Shown piece after piece: positions 38,710 to 50,963 of a stretch of DNA of 64,000 nt. A program made the translations under genes and the position numbers. Below the pieces are notes generated by a model. It made no database searches, was not told where the DNA came from, and worked only from the letters and a program-made list of their open reading frames with translations. The DNA is from Eledone cirrhosa (lineage: Eukaryota), in contig OZ024742.1 of assembly GCA_964016885.1 (NCBI GenBank), positions 267,840,001 to 267,904,000 of the forward strand. Direction: 5' to 3'. The stretch's first letter is position 1. The number at the start of each line of letters is the position of its first letter.

Positions 38710-39720
38710 TTCATTAGTCTTTGGCTCTCTCAGAATTAGCAGTATAAATACACGTGTTCTGGGGTAACCGTGGAAGCAGAGTCACCTGTTCAACGATATC
38801 AGATCATTGAACATGTGGAAGCCATAAGTGTGACCAGAATACCTGATGTATGAGCGTTCGCACCCCTTTTCAGCGACTACGATGTGTATCCATGTACAAT
38901 CCGTCAAGAATATGATGGCGTCTCGAAAACTTCTTATGTCCGTCCCGCTCTTAATGTTAGTGGGCGATAGTAACAGGTTCTGATATGCACGCTGGATCTG
39001 CATGGGACTAGTAGATAAGGGAGGAGGGTGTAAAAGCCGAGCATGGTAACGCTGATAAGGAAATACAAGAACAAGAGGTATACGTTAGATAATTTCAGAC
39101 CTATAACTCTTCTAAAGACAAAGTTTAAGAATGTTGCCAATGTGTTGGCGAAGATATTGGCGCTTCTCTTCGATGGTTTAGTTGGGGAGGTACACACGTG
39201 CGCAATCACGACCTTCTCAACATCATCGGATATATAAAAGGGAGCGTCGGGTATAAACATAGCGATCAATTTATATGAAACAAAAGCTTTCGTTAGTGTC
39301 GACCATTGATACGTTGTGGGTGTCCTCAAGGCAGCTGACTTCGGTCCCGTATTCAGAGGTATATTCCCTACAATTCACATTAGCATCTGCTCGGTGGTCC
39401 AAGTAAATGTCCATTTTCGAACCCGTTCGTGTCTCAATATATTTGAACATCTGCTCTAAAACATTTTGTAGAAGGGGGAGGTTTTGTTGGTGAGGCAGTC
39501 CATATTCTCTCAGCATTCTCTACGCGAAGAGCTGAGCATGTCGTGGATAATGATGCGCAAAAATGAGTTGAGGCATAGGCGTCTCCAGATATTCTGCCTA
39601 AATGGTTATCAGGTGTGGTGACCGTTTGTGAGACAGGCCTTTCCGCAGCTCGTCTCTTTTACTGAGTTGCAGTCCTGGGGCAAGAAAATACTGAGACTAA
39701 GCATCTGGCATTTGGAATGT
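38710..39720 (+). mobile_element. Old, internally deleted Tx1/L1 ORF2 relic
   Basis: DNFRPITLLKTKFK.VA.VLAK.LAL...LVGE.HTCAI; KAF.SVDH; 39470-39720 aligns by eye with ~1015-1260. Confidence 0.8.
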
Positions 39721-40369
39721 ATAACAATACAAATTCCCCAATAGGGTGTAAAACAACCCAGTGGAGTCTAAGCTAACCCACCAATCTTTGACCTCCCAAC
39801 GCTTCGTGAGCACCCGGGAAGAGCACACCTCTGTTCCTCAAATTATCCAGTCTACAGGCGCATGCTCAAAGTAGGCCCATTCAAACGGGCCCATCATGAA
39901 ATATTCACTCACATTCTAGCCAATGTATAAGGGTGGCAGCACTTCTCTCTCCACTCTCACTTTCCTTTTCAAGGGAAACATGAAAAAGTGGATGAGGTAT
40001 TGGCCAGAACAAAGTGTCTGTCGTCAGTATTTTCAAACTTGTATACTACACAACCACTTTCACTACTGCCACTAAAAAGAGGAAAGCTGTCTGTCCTTCG
40101 TGGTCAAAAGAAAGCGGCGGTGTGACTGTCACTGTGGACTCGGTCGATAGCCAGACCCGTACTATACTCGTCAATAGCTGTTCAACATATCTCTATACGT
40201 CAATAATGCACGGACACTTGATGCACTTGGTGCAGAACAGGTAGAACAGGTTAGTCTCTCCTAGGCAAGCCCGTCTAACAGGAATTCCGTGTTTGTAGAG
40301 TACCACTGCCAAGCGAGGTATTTCTGGGAGTTATCCGTTATCCGATTCAAAATTTCTGCAGTAACGACT

Positions 40370-40635
40370 GATCAGGGTCTTGTTCAGACCAGATCTCTAG
40401 GTGAATAAGTATTGGGACGTGGTTACGAAAAGAGTAGACAATCCAACCCAGAGAGGGTCGAGGGGAAGCTGTCGCTGAAATGTTGGGCGGCGGTGTCAAA
40501 CGCTTACTTCACATCCGTCATCTACTACCACCTGGCTATCGTGTCTTGCCCCCATACGTGCATCACTAAATTGGAACAGCTTCTCTTCAACTGGTTGTGG
40601 AGGGAACAGATTACTTTGGTGAGGCGGCCCATCTA
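40370..40635 (+). mobile_element. Further Tx1/L1 ORF2 fragment
   Basis: KLSLK..A.V.NAY..SVIYY.L..V.CP....TKLE.LLF..LW matches ORF 736-1290. Confidence 0.75.
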
Positions 40636-40701
40636 ATTCCAGAACGACCTCAGACCACGAACATTTAACCCTTTCGTATTTACATTACTCTATAGTTACT
40701 A

Positions 40702-41370
40702 CTAGCAGAATGGCTCTGCGTTGTTCGGGATTCTAAACATACATTTGCATGTTTATCCCTCCTTTCTAAAACAGTACAGAGAAGTACGGAATACATCGAC
40801 CTCGGGATCTACATTTTATTCATCGGCCTCGGGATCTACATTTTGTGCTTATAAAAAAATTCGTCGTACATTACCAGGGTGTTTTTCCGTGCGAAGAAAA
40901 TCAAGACTTTATCGCGAAATAAATACTTTTGTTTATATTTTGTTATTGCGTATCCAAAAATACCTGTACACGAATATATATATATATATATATTAAAATA
41001 ACAGACTAAAGTTTAAGCAAAGAATCGCTGCTTTCACCCTTAAAACTAAAAAATTCAATCTGTGAATGCAGAAGTAAATATTTCGAAAAACGTTACACAC
41101 TATATATATATACACACACTATATATACATATATACACACATAAATATAGCGTCATACTGTCGTAATGCAGACAGACTGACATACAGACATATATTATAA
41201 GGGCGCGACATTATCCCTAGGGCATTGAGAATTTAAAATATTATTTGCTCAAAACACTCACAGGACCATAAGTATTACATGTGTAAAGTTTGAAACAATC
41301 GGTTGGGTGGTTCTCGGGTTTTTGGGAGTCAGACTGACAGACAGACAGACATTCTCAGTTTTAGATATAT
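40702..41370 (-). mobile_element. Non-autonomous Helitron related to 28708-29694, with nested repeat
   Basis: Plus strand actagcagaatggctctgcgttgttcggg at the left end; gacagacagacattctcagttttagatatat at the right end. Confidence 0.65.
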
Positions 41371-41399
41371 ATATTATATTTTTTTTGTGGTAAAGGCAT

Positions 41400-42700
41400 T
41401 ACATTACATAATTATCTCACATGATATCGAATCTATTTTGAGAACAATACCTTAACATCAGTATGAGTGGCATGTTATGGCGAATTTTAACAGATAGAGG
41501 CGAGATAATTCTGGCCGGTTATGGCCGGTTTAAATGATAAAGTGTTAAACACCCTACTTTTATGAGGGTTATGTTTGCAGGCTACGGGAGGGAAGACATG
41601 TATACTTAACAGCCTATGGCTTGTGGAAGCTGGGTGTTTCACACGCCATATTTAGTGCGGTTTCCTTTAAGAATTACTTTAAAAGCCAACTCTAGGCTTA
41701 CACACAAGAGGATCCCACTCCGTTGGGGAAGCTCTCTATAATGTTTACATGTGTTTCCTCACATCCGCATATCAGCAGTATTTGTGACACTCTGAAGTTA
41801 CAGGTGCCAAAAACTCTCCCTTTCTTTCTCAATACCTTGACTTCGTACTATCAGGACCATAAGTGTTTTATTTGCCCTTCTTAGTAACACGTATTTGTGT
41901 GTTTCTGTTGTTGTTAATGACGAAAAGTGCTTCCTTTTGGGGAGCATGAGTTTCGGTTGTGACTGTGTAATTTGTGGTGGTTGTGTCTTGTTGAAGGCTT
42001 TCCATGCCCCGGTGTTGGCAGCAACTGAGGTTTGCGGCCACCTGCATTATTGAGCTGGAGGCAAAAGGCTCACAGATATGAGCTTTTGCCGCAGCCGAAA
42101 CAATGTGGACATTGGTTCTCAGTAACCACTTGTATGCCAGTCACATCATGTAAGTGGATGTGATCTGGGATGTTTTTTATATATTCTGGTTTGATTTGGA
42201 GAAGGGTTTTCAAATCCACCAGACCAGTCTTCTCTAGATGTGTTTATGAAGTCAATGGGCGACGAATTCATCCCACACGTTTATTCCTGGTAGGATCCCG
42301 GGAATACGGACCGCGGTAGCCCTTCCGCCTAATTGGGACGGATACATAGCTACTTCGTCCTTCATACACCAGGCCACTCAGTGTTTCGGTCTTAAACAGC
42401 ACCGAAATGGTGCCGAATTGCTTGCCCCTTGCTTTAAACTCGATGTCTTCATGGATGCACTTCAGTACGGCCTCAAATTCAGCTCAAGTGGTCACTTCCA
42501 CTTGGCTTCTCCACACCGACAGGCATCTATTTAGTATTGTTCTTCCCTCCACTGCATCGATTGCCTCAGCCAGGATGTTTAGGTTGGCCCAGGTTTTTCA
42601 CATTTGATTATTTTACATGCCAGGGCGAAACGTTGCTCTTTATCAGTGAGGTCCATGTGGAAACATAGACTTTACTTAGCTTCCGCACCAGCAAATAAGT
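41400..42700 (-). mobile_element. Decayed L1/Tx1 ORF1 with zinc knuckle and possible ORF2 start
   Basis: Minus translation near 42180-42060: KNIPDHIHLHD..IQVVTENQCPHCFGCGKSS.L.AFC, similar to IEDIPDVIDFDD..ISFQGKRPKCF at ~46480-46570. Confidence 0.5.
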
Positions 42701-43204
42701 TGTTATTGTTTTTTGTTGTGTTAGGTTGCGTCTTTATTTATTTTATTGTTTTTGTTGTTGTTGTTTCTATTAGTGCAACTGTCATGCTGAGAAACATATT
42801 GTGAAATCGCGTTAAACCCAAGGCAAATAGATATCAACAAAGTGCGGGGATTAAAGCCACCGACCGTGCTTCTCTGCATGACGGTTGCGTTGGACATCTC
42901 TATGGATATCGGCAAGGATATTGTCTAATGTAACATCTTCATTTCTATATTTCTCTTAGAATGTTGAGACAAAGTTCTGAAGCGTACCCCTATAATGATT
43001 GATAGTTTGTCAAAGATAATCGATTATATTGATTGATATTCCGATGATCGATTACGATCGATTAATTTTGAGCTGCACTCTCCGGGTATGAAAGACCGCT
43101 ATAAGGTTTCCCATATGATTCTCCTTGTGTACATATTCTTCTATGGAATATGTATTTGGTATATACACGAGTACAATATACCGTATTTCTTATACGATGT
43201 ATGG

Positions 43205-43240
<36 letters not shown>

Positions 43241-43749
43241 TTATATATATATATATATATACAGAGAGAGAGAGAGAGAGAGTGAGAGAGAGAGAATGAA
43301 ATTGATGAGCACCGTGGATTTGGTAGATACTTTGTGATGTGAATTCACATCTGACCGAGTTCCAGTTTGTTTTTCAACCTTTAGGGGTCGATAAATAGAC
43401 TATCAACTCAATGGTAGTGCGAACCACCTTCCCAACAGCTTTCACATCATGGACATTCCATGGAAGGTAGGTTGAACCTAAAAGACACAGCTGAAGAATT
43501 GTATAAGCTACCAGTACATACTCGATTGTGGATGACGGACGTAGCATCTTTGTTTACATATAGTGATTAAGGAAATGAATATCCTGATGACCGAGAATAA
43601 TTGTGATAGTGATGATGATGCTGGTGATGAGGATTCGCTTGAAATTATAGTTAATGCATAAAGATTGAAAACTGAAGAAGTTGTCAAATATAATTACATA
43701 TTTCCTCGGAAGCCTGCACAGAGCTAATATGATTCCGTACAACATGCTA

Positions 43750-43767
43750 TATGGCAGAGCCTGAGGA

Positions 43768-43819
<52 letters not shown>

Positions 43820-43837
43820 TCCTCAGGCTCTGCTATA
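43750..43837. repeat. Palindrome centred on (TA)n
   Basis: gcagagcctgaggag-(TA)n-ctcctcaggctctgc. Confidence 0.93.
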
Positions 43838-43842
43838 ATGCA

Positions 43843-43879
<37 letters not shown>

Positions 43880-44015
43880 TATGTGTGTGTATAAATATAT
43901 AAGGAGTTAATGAAACACGGTGAGACACTTTAGAGAAGAAAGAATACCAGCAAGTAAGAGAGAGAGAGGGGGGGGGAGAAAGAGAGAGATAAAGATATAT
44001 AGATTGATGGATAGC

Positions 44016-44064
<49 letters not shown>

Positions 44065-44398
44065 ATAACACAATCAACAGAACAGTGCAAGTCAGAACTT
44101 AGGCGTCAGAACCGTATCAAATATTGTTTTTCACAACTGTTTTTGTTTATGTATGAGTATGGGTATATTTTTATGTTTCGCAGTGAAATACATAGGTTAA
44201 CAGGCATAATCAATGTGGAAACAACACACACGTGCACACGTTACACATACGCATATATATGTGTGTATGCATCTTAAAATGTGTATATGCACCTATATAG
44301 ACGTATATATATGCATGTTGCGCGTGCATATGAATATACATACATGCATTTTGAAGCTGCTTTTAGCCGATTACATAATGCTTGATAGCATTACCTAA

Positions 44399-44634
44399 TT
44401 TCTGTGCGTGCCAGCTCCATGTGGATTTTCAGCAGCAGATGGAGTAGCAGAAATTAATGCATTAGTTCGGGGCTAGAGGATCAAAATCTTCATCGTTTAT
44501 CTCACTATTTAACATATTAGTATGCACTCTACTTTCATTCTCATTGCTATCTTAATGATACTGGCTTAATTAAATGATTGATAGAGTGAGGAAATTATCG
44601 AAGGATTTTCCGTTCTCTCCGATGACTTCGTTTC

Positions 44635-44675
<41 letters not shown>

Positions 44676-44800
44676 ATTTCTGTGCGTGCCAGCTCCATGT
44701 GGATTCTCAGCAGCAGATGGAGTAGCAGAAACTAATGCATGAGTTCGGGGCTAGAGAAATAATGCATTAATGCATTAGTTCGGGGCTCAGAAATAATGTA
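44399..44800. repeat. ~80-bp local duplication with partial re-duplications
   Basis: ttctgtgcgtgccagctccatgtggatt...gttcggggctagag at ~44399 and ~44678. Confidence 0.85.
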
Positions 44801-44802
44801 CT

Positions 44803-45159
44803 AAAGGCAAAGTTAATCCTGCCGATGTTAACTTTGCCTTTCATCCTTCCGGGGTCGATAGAATAAAGTACCAGTAAAGCATTGGTTAATTGCTGGCCTT
44901 GTGCCAAAAGTAGAAACAATTATTATTAATGTACTGGGTAATTACTGGCCTTGTGCCAAATGTAGAAACAATTATTATTATTATTATATTATTGGCGATG
45001 GATTGACAGTGTCGGTAGAGGGTCGGACGCCATGTTTTGACGCCATTCTGAGTTTAAATCCCGCCGAGGTTAACTTTGCCTTTCATCCTTACGGGCTCGA
45101 TAAAATATAGTACCAGTAACACACTCGAAATTGCTGGGCTTGTGCCAAAAGTAGAAACA

Positions 45160-45165
<6 letters not shown>
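44803..45165 (+). mobile_element. Cluster of tRNA-SINE copies (truncated, tail-only and near full-length)
   Basis: Repeated aactttgcctttcatcctt.cgggg.tcgata and ggccttgtgccaaaagtagaaacaattatt. Confidence 0.85.
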
Positions 45166-45192
<27 letters not shown>

Positions 45193-45668
45193 GAATGCCA
45201 TGGTTGACGGAGGCTCGGCTCTGTAAGGTATAGTAATTTTTAACCGCTATAACAATTGTAAATTGTTTAAAACTTTAACCAAATTGTAGATAAAAACACT
45301 CTCCTCCTCGTGAGAGGGGTCTTTCTGTCCGTTATTTGGCCCTTCGGGGTTAAATAACCGCTTATTGGAGTTTTGTGCCCAATATTCATTTGAAACCAAA
45401 AAAAGAACATGGCTACAAAAAAGAATTTTCACAAGTCACTCCCACTCATTAGCTCTTCTTCTTCCTCAATCGTCACTACATCAGAGAGAAGATTCTAAAT
45501 GTGGTGTCGCCTCTTTCACAAGCGACGCCATTAAAGAAAAAGAAAAATATAGTTTCTGATAGCTTTCACCAAGAGCACGTGCATACCGTGGAACATTTCT
45601 CCACGACAACGACAACGACGAAAAATGTGTGCGTTAAATACGGAAAGCCATTCCATTCGTCTGACGTC

Positions 45669-47510
45669 ATGAAGAATCGAAGTAGCAGCCGTAATAACAG
45701 CAGCAGCAGCAACAGTGACAAGGAAAACACTACTAGCAGCCGCAACAACATCAGCAGCAGCGTAAATAACAACAGCAGCAGCAGCAGCAACAACAACGGC
45801 AGCAGCAGCAACACCAACAACAACCACATCAACAGCGGCGGCGGCGGTCGTAGTACCAGCAGCAACAAAAAAAGTAACAGCAGCTCTGACGACAACAACA
45901 ACAAAAACTAGAAAGAAAACCCAATCTCGTTTGCAGGTATCGCAAAGAACCTGGAAACCATCCTTATAACAAATGAGGAATTACAGGAAGCAAAGAAGAT
46001 GGTGACGAAAACCGGACACCGAGCAATCTGCAAGGCAGCAGAAAAGTTTTTCGAAACCCAACAGCACTGTAGGGTCACGTACCGTACAGTAAGCACAAAA
46101 TCACGTAGGGTTGAAAGAGCCACAGAGGCTCAAATACAAAAAAGGCCTTAGGGTATGTGTGGCAGCGGAAAACGCATATCACCCGAGGCAAGAAATATGC
46201 CACTGTAGATGTACTTTTTGCCACACCCCAGGAGGCAAAGGCTCAAACCTTAGTGACCCTAAGGAGCGAGGAAATGGTGTTGGTGCCCTCCTACTGCGGG
46301 CAAAAAATTGTGAGGGTCAAACTGACCCACGTACCCCTGGGATGGCCCCTTCTTGGTTGGCCGCGTCTGTCCTCGTCGGAATCGAGGGCAAAACAACTGT
46401 ACTGCAAGTACAGAAAAAAGTACGAGAAGATTGGGTCGGCACCTCCATTGAGATGTTAATCCAAACCAACCTGGAGTGCATCGAAGATATCCCGGATGTG
46501 ATAGACTTCGATGACGGCACTCAACTGCCCATAAGTTTTCAGGGCAAACGCCCGAAATGCTTTCTGCAATGAGAAGAACCTGAGAAAGGAGAAAACCCCC
46601 CTGTTTCCGAAACCGGCTCCACTGCTACCAGCAACAGGACAGGCGGCAAGCAGGAAGGATAGGTCCGTGGCACACATACCAACGCCACGGAAATCAAGAA
46701 CAGCAGCAGCAGTGGAAGTATTAACAACAACAACAGTAATACCAACTGCAGCTGCAACAGAGACTCCACTGCAAACATCAACAACAACAACAACAAGTGA
46801 AAGAGTGGAGCTGTTACCAGTCCTCAACCTCACACAATCGGACATGGAGTGTGAGGTGGGAGACGGATGTCAAAACGTCGCAAGAAGGCACACAAGCAGA
46901 AGCAGCGCATCGTCGCCTTCGAAAAGGGAGGAAAGAAATGAAAAAAGAGAAAAGGCTACTGCAAAGAGACTTGCAGCAGCAACACCACCAACACCATCAC
47001 CACCCACACTAGCACCACCATCACCACCGGCGGCAACCCCACCGCAAACAACAACAACACCTTCAACACCACCACCACAAGCACCAACATCGCAAACACA
47101 ACAACAAAACACACACACCAAGCAACAACGACAAGAAAATAGCAGAACCACACCCCACTCCCAGAAAAACAAATGCACAGCACAGCAATAAATACACACA
47201 AAAAGAAACTAATGACTTAGATAATTGAACACACTTACATTTCACAGAACGACTACATACTACCAGCACCAATCAAAACAGCAACGAACATAAGACTGGT
47301 AAGAATAGCACAGAAACAATACACAAACATTAGAACGATTTTCCCCAACGCGGTTGGTGATTTCAGAGACCTAGGAGGGACACTTAATCGGAGAGTATAT
47401 TCGGATATACTCACAGAAGAGCCGACGACCAGCTGAAGGGACGATTCAACGGTCCCTTCACCAGACGATCAAGTGAAAAGCGATGGAATAACATCCTTCC
47501 TCTACGAGAA
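45669..47510 (+). pseudogene. LINE ORF1 (gag-like, degenerate zinc knuckle, Ser/Asn- and Thr/Pro-rich tracts); disrupted
   Basis: Collinear ORF pieces 46157-46459, 46111-46572 and 46667-47191 upstream of ORF2. Confidence 0.65.
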
Positions 47511-47553
47511 GTAAGGTAAGTGGTCTTTCCCATCTTTTCCACTCCATTTCAAC

Positions 47554-49592
47554 ATGACCTCACTCAGAATAGGCAGCATAAATGCGCGTAGCTTGGGGTC
47601 GTCATGGAAGCAGGGCCACCTGCTCAACGACTTCATGTCACTAAACATAGATGTAGTGGCCATCAGCGAGACCAGAATCTCCGAAGCACGGGCCTTCGCA
47701 CCGATCTTCGGCGGCTACGATGTGTAGGCATCTCCCAGCCATCCTGGATCGGGGTGAGGGGTTGCTGTGCTTTTTCGGAGAGCTTTAGATCTCGACATAC
47801 GGGATATCTTCCTGGAACCAGAAGGTAAGTTGGTAGTGCTGGACGTGACCAGCGAAGACGGGCAAGCTTTCAGGCTAGTGGCCGTCTATGCCCCGACAGG
47901 AGCAGGGCGGCCTGATTTCTTCCGGCGTCTGAAGACCCTTCTAGGAACGTCCCGCTCTTTTGTGTTAGTGGTCGACTGGAACAGGATCTTAGATGCACGC
48001 GGGGACTGTGTGGGATTAGCGGATAGGGGAGGAGGGTGCAAGAGCCTCACCAACCTGCTCAGGCATTTTGAACTGTCTGACAGGTACCGATTGGATTTCC
48101 CGAATGTGCCAATGTGGACTTGGACAAACCAAATCGGGTCACCCATATCATATTTAGATAGAGTATTTTGTAGGGAAATAGATAGGTCTAGCATAGGCTG
48201 TCCACAATTCAAGATAGTCAGCTACACGGACCACAAATTCGGGATCTGTGTGCGTGAATTAGATAGGCTTCATAGACGAGGACCCGGCTACTGGAAGCTA
48301 AACGCGCCCTTACCAGCGCGCAAGGCCTACAGAGCCGGGATTAGCGAACTAGTTAAGCGAGCATTGACGGGGGCCAACGTCAACAACAAGTGGTGGTTTG
48401 CTCTGAAAAGAGCGATTATAATAGAGTCCATTAGGTTTAGTAAGGCTTTAGCAATAGAGAAATATAGAGCAGAGGGAGAACTAGTTAGAAAATTAGACGA
48501 GGCACTTAGCAAAGGCATCGCGACCGACGTACTGGCGGCGAAATTGGCCCTTGACCAATACTTCAATGCAAAGCACGAAGGCTGCGTTGTCAGAGATAGG
48601 GTGCGTGCTCTCAGACACGAGGGGACGAAAGCCGTTCAATGGGCCCGAGTGGCAGAGGCGCGTCGAGGCAACAATGCCACAATCCGGTCTCTGGTGGACC
48701 ACGACGGGCGCATGCTACTCGATCCCGGGCAAATGTGTGAAGCTTTTCAGCGACACTTCGCACAGCTGTTCGGGGGCAGCGGCGGGTCGAATCGAGGGAT
48801 GGACTTTAGTGTCTACCTCGACGGACTGCTGCGGCCGCCGGCCACTGAGGCGGAGAGTTGCGAAAAGCCGACAACAGCCGCTGAAGTACGGGAGGCAATG
48901 ACTGGCTGCACAAGGATTAAATCGCCTGGTTTGGATGGTCAGCCCTATGAACTTTACGTACAGATGCCAGATTTGTTCGAAGGCCTCTTGGCGGACGTTT
49001 ACTGCAACTGGCAACAGAATGGGAGAATTCCCAGCTCTGTGAGCCGAGGAGTTGTGGCGCTGCTGAGAAAGGATCCGAACAATGGGGATAACATAGATAA
49101 TGTCAGGCCCTTAACTCTGCTAAACACAGAATTCAAGATTTTGGCCATGGTGCGAGCAAAGAGGTTGGCGCTTGTCGTTGGTGGTCTGGTGGGAGCGGCG
49201 CAGACATGCACCATACCCGACAGATCCATCAACGACAACCTCCTCCACATGGGATACATCGTAGAGAGGGTAGCTAGGGAATCTGGCACGGTTGGGTCCT
49301 TGATCAATTTAGATCAGTCGAAAGCTTTCGATAGGGTCGATCATTGTTCCCTAGCGGCAGTCATGAAGGCGGCAGGCTTTGGGCCCGTGTTCAGAGGCTG
49401 GATAGCTGCCATGCACAGCGACATCTGCTCTGTGGTGAGAGTGAACGGCCACCCTTCGTTTCGGAACTGCTCAACATCATGCGCTCGGGCCACCAAGGAT
49501 GTCCCCTCTCGTCCCTCTTGTATGTATTGACTCTCGAGCCATTACTGCACAAACTGGAGACGTTGAGGGAGGTCCCGCGCGAACTAGGATGC
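47554..49592 (+). pseudogene. LINE ORF2 (APE endonuclease plus reverse transcriptase); stop at ~47727, frameshift near 49460
   Basis: MTSLRIGSINARSL..VVAISETR, AVYAP, YLDRV, TDHK, GPGYWKLN, KSPGLDG, RPLTLLNTEFKIL, LDQSKAFDRVDH. Confidence 0.92.
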
Positions 49593-50000
49593 GGCTTCCT
49601 AAAACCTATTTCTTTGGAGATACGAAATATTTATACATATTGTATACATTTATGCTTGAAGCGAAATCCTATTTCTGTTTTATTATTAGTTGAGCCAACT
49701 GATGCAGATTCATATACAAATGAGATTAATCACCTCATTTACACAGACGTGAAAAGTATATATTCTCGCCTGTCTTCTAGTCCAGCAGTCGCAAGCGGTG
49801 GGAGGGACCGTCCTGACGAAAGCCAGTTAAGCCTGAAATGCATAGACGTTTGTCCCCCTTGCTTCTGTTGGACATCACCAGAGGGCGTTAGCTCCCCGGT
49901 GTTTGCATAGCTACGGCTTCCTAAAACCGTATTTCTTTTGAGATACGAAATATTTATACATATTGTATAAAGCTATACTTGAGGCGAAATCCTATTTCTC
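49592..50000 (+). mobile_element. Retrozyme-like / PLE pLTR-like unit (period 322 bp, ~86-bp terminal redundancy) containing a hammerhead ribozyme
   Basis: cggcttcctaaaacc...cgaaatcctatttct at 49592-49677 and 49914-49999; ends in (TA)n. Confidence 0.7.
49782..49871 (+). ncRNA. Type I minimal hammerhead ribozyme
   Basis: gggac-cgtc-CTGACGA-aagc cagttaa gcct-GAAA-tgca-TA-gacg-ttt-gtccc; outer pairings gcaag/cttgc and ccagcag/ctgttgg. Confidence 0.7.
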
Positions 50001-50017
50001 TTATATATATATATATA

Positions 50018-50319
50018 TATAATAGAATATAAAAGAAAAGCGAACACAGATATATAGATATATGTGTTCAAATCGTAAGTGACCTAATTCGCTAAGGTGA
50101 AAAGAATACTAACTATAGACAATTGGGTTCGCTTGTCTCAATTTAAGAAAAAATTAAGAAAATAATTGTAATTATTTTCTTAATTTTTTCTTAAATTGAG
50201 ACAAGCGAACCCAATTGTCTATAGTTAGTATTCTTTTCACCTTAGCGAATTAGGTCCCTTACGATTTGAACACATATATCTATATATCTGTGTTCGCTTT
50301 TCTTTTATATTCTATTATA
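50018..50319. repeat. Near-perfect palindrome, 150-bp arms, 2-nt centre
   Basis: Centre aataatt-gt-aattatt at 50161-50176; one mismatch seen (gtgacc vs ggtccc). Confidence 0.95.
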
Positions 50320-50550
50320 ATATACGGCTCAGAAATATTTCTTTCTTAAAGCTATTGTGTTTTAAGAGACAATTTTGTGTTCCTAACTTAATTTATACAT
50401 TTAATATATATATATATATGCATATATAAATATATTCATCATTTGATGGTAATGGTATATCCTTGAGGGATGTAGAAATCCTGAAGAATTCCATCATTTA
50501 TTTAGAATCTATTGTAGAATAAGCGCTCTACCTTCGGGGAGCAAAATATG

Positions 50551-50909
50551 ACCAAAAGTTTATATGGTTCGTTGATTATTCAACAAATTCAATTTTACAA
50601 TATATTAGAAGCACTCGACAAGTATTTATCTGGAGTATCTATAATATTATTCAAAATATTATCATAACCAAAGTGTATATTTTATTGTACATATTTCAAA
50701 TGTACAATGGTGTTTCAGTACGTTTTCATCAGATAAAATATATAAGAGATTGGATATGCGACATACCGCTAAGGTCTTGAATCTTCAATTCCTGTAGTGG
50801 CATATTTTTAATAATATTATAGATACTCCAGATAAATCGTTGTCGAGTGCTTCTAATCTATTGTAAAATTGAATTCGTTGAATAATCAACGAACCATATA
50901 AACTTTTGG

Positions 50910-50910
<1 letters not shown>
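50551..50910. repeat. Inverted repeat, ~109-bp arms, ~140-nt spacer
   Basis: accaaaagtttatatggttcgttgattattcaac... vs ...gttgaataatcaacgaaccatataaacttttggt. Confidence 0.92.

Positions 50911-50960
<50 letters not shown>

Positions 50961-50963
<3 letters not shown>

Larger units (their letters stand above)
45435..49592 (+). mobile_element. Tx1/L1-clade LINE, 5' two-thirds (5' UTR, ORF1, ORF2 APE plus RT); truncated in RT
   Basis: ORF1 pieces 45669-47510; ORF2 from ATG 47554; 49020-49592 aligns with positions ~1-570. Confidence 0.92.
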
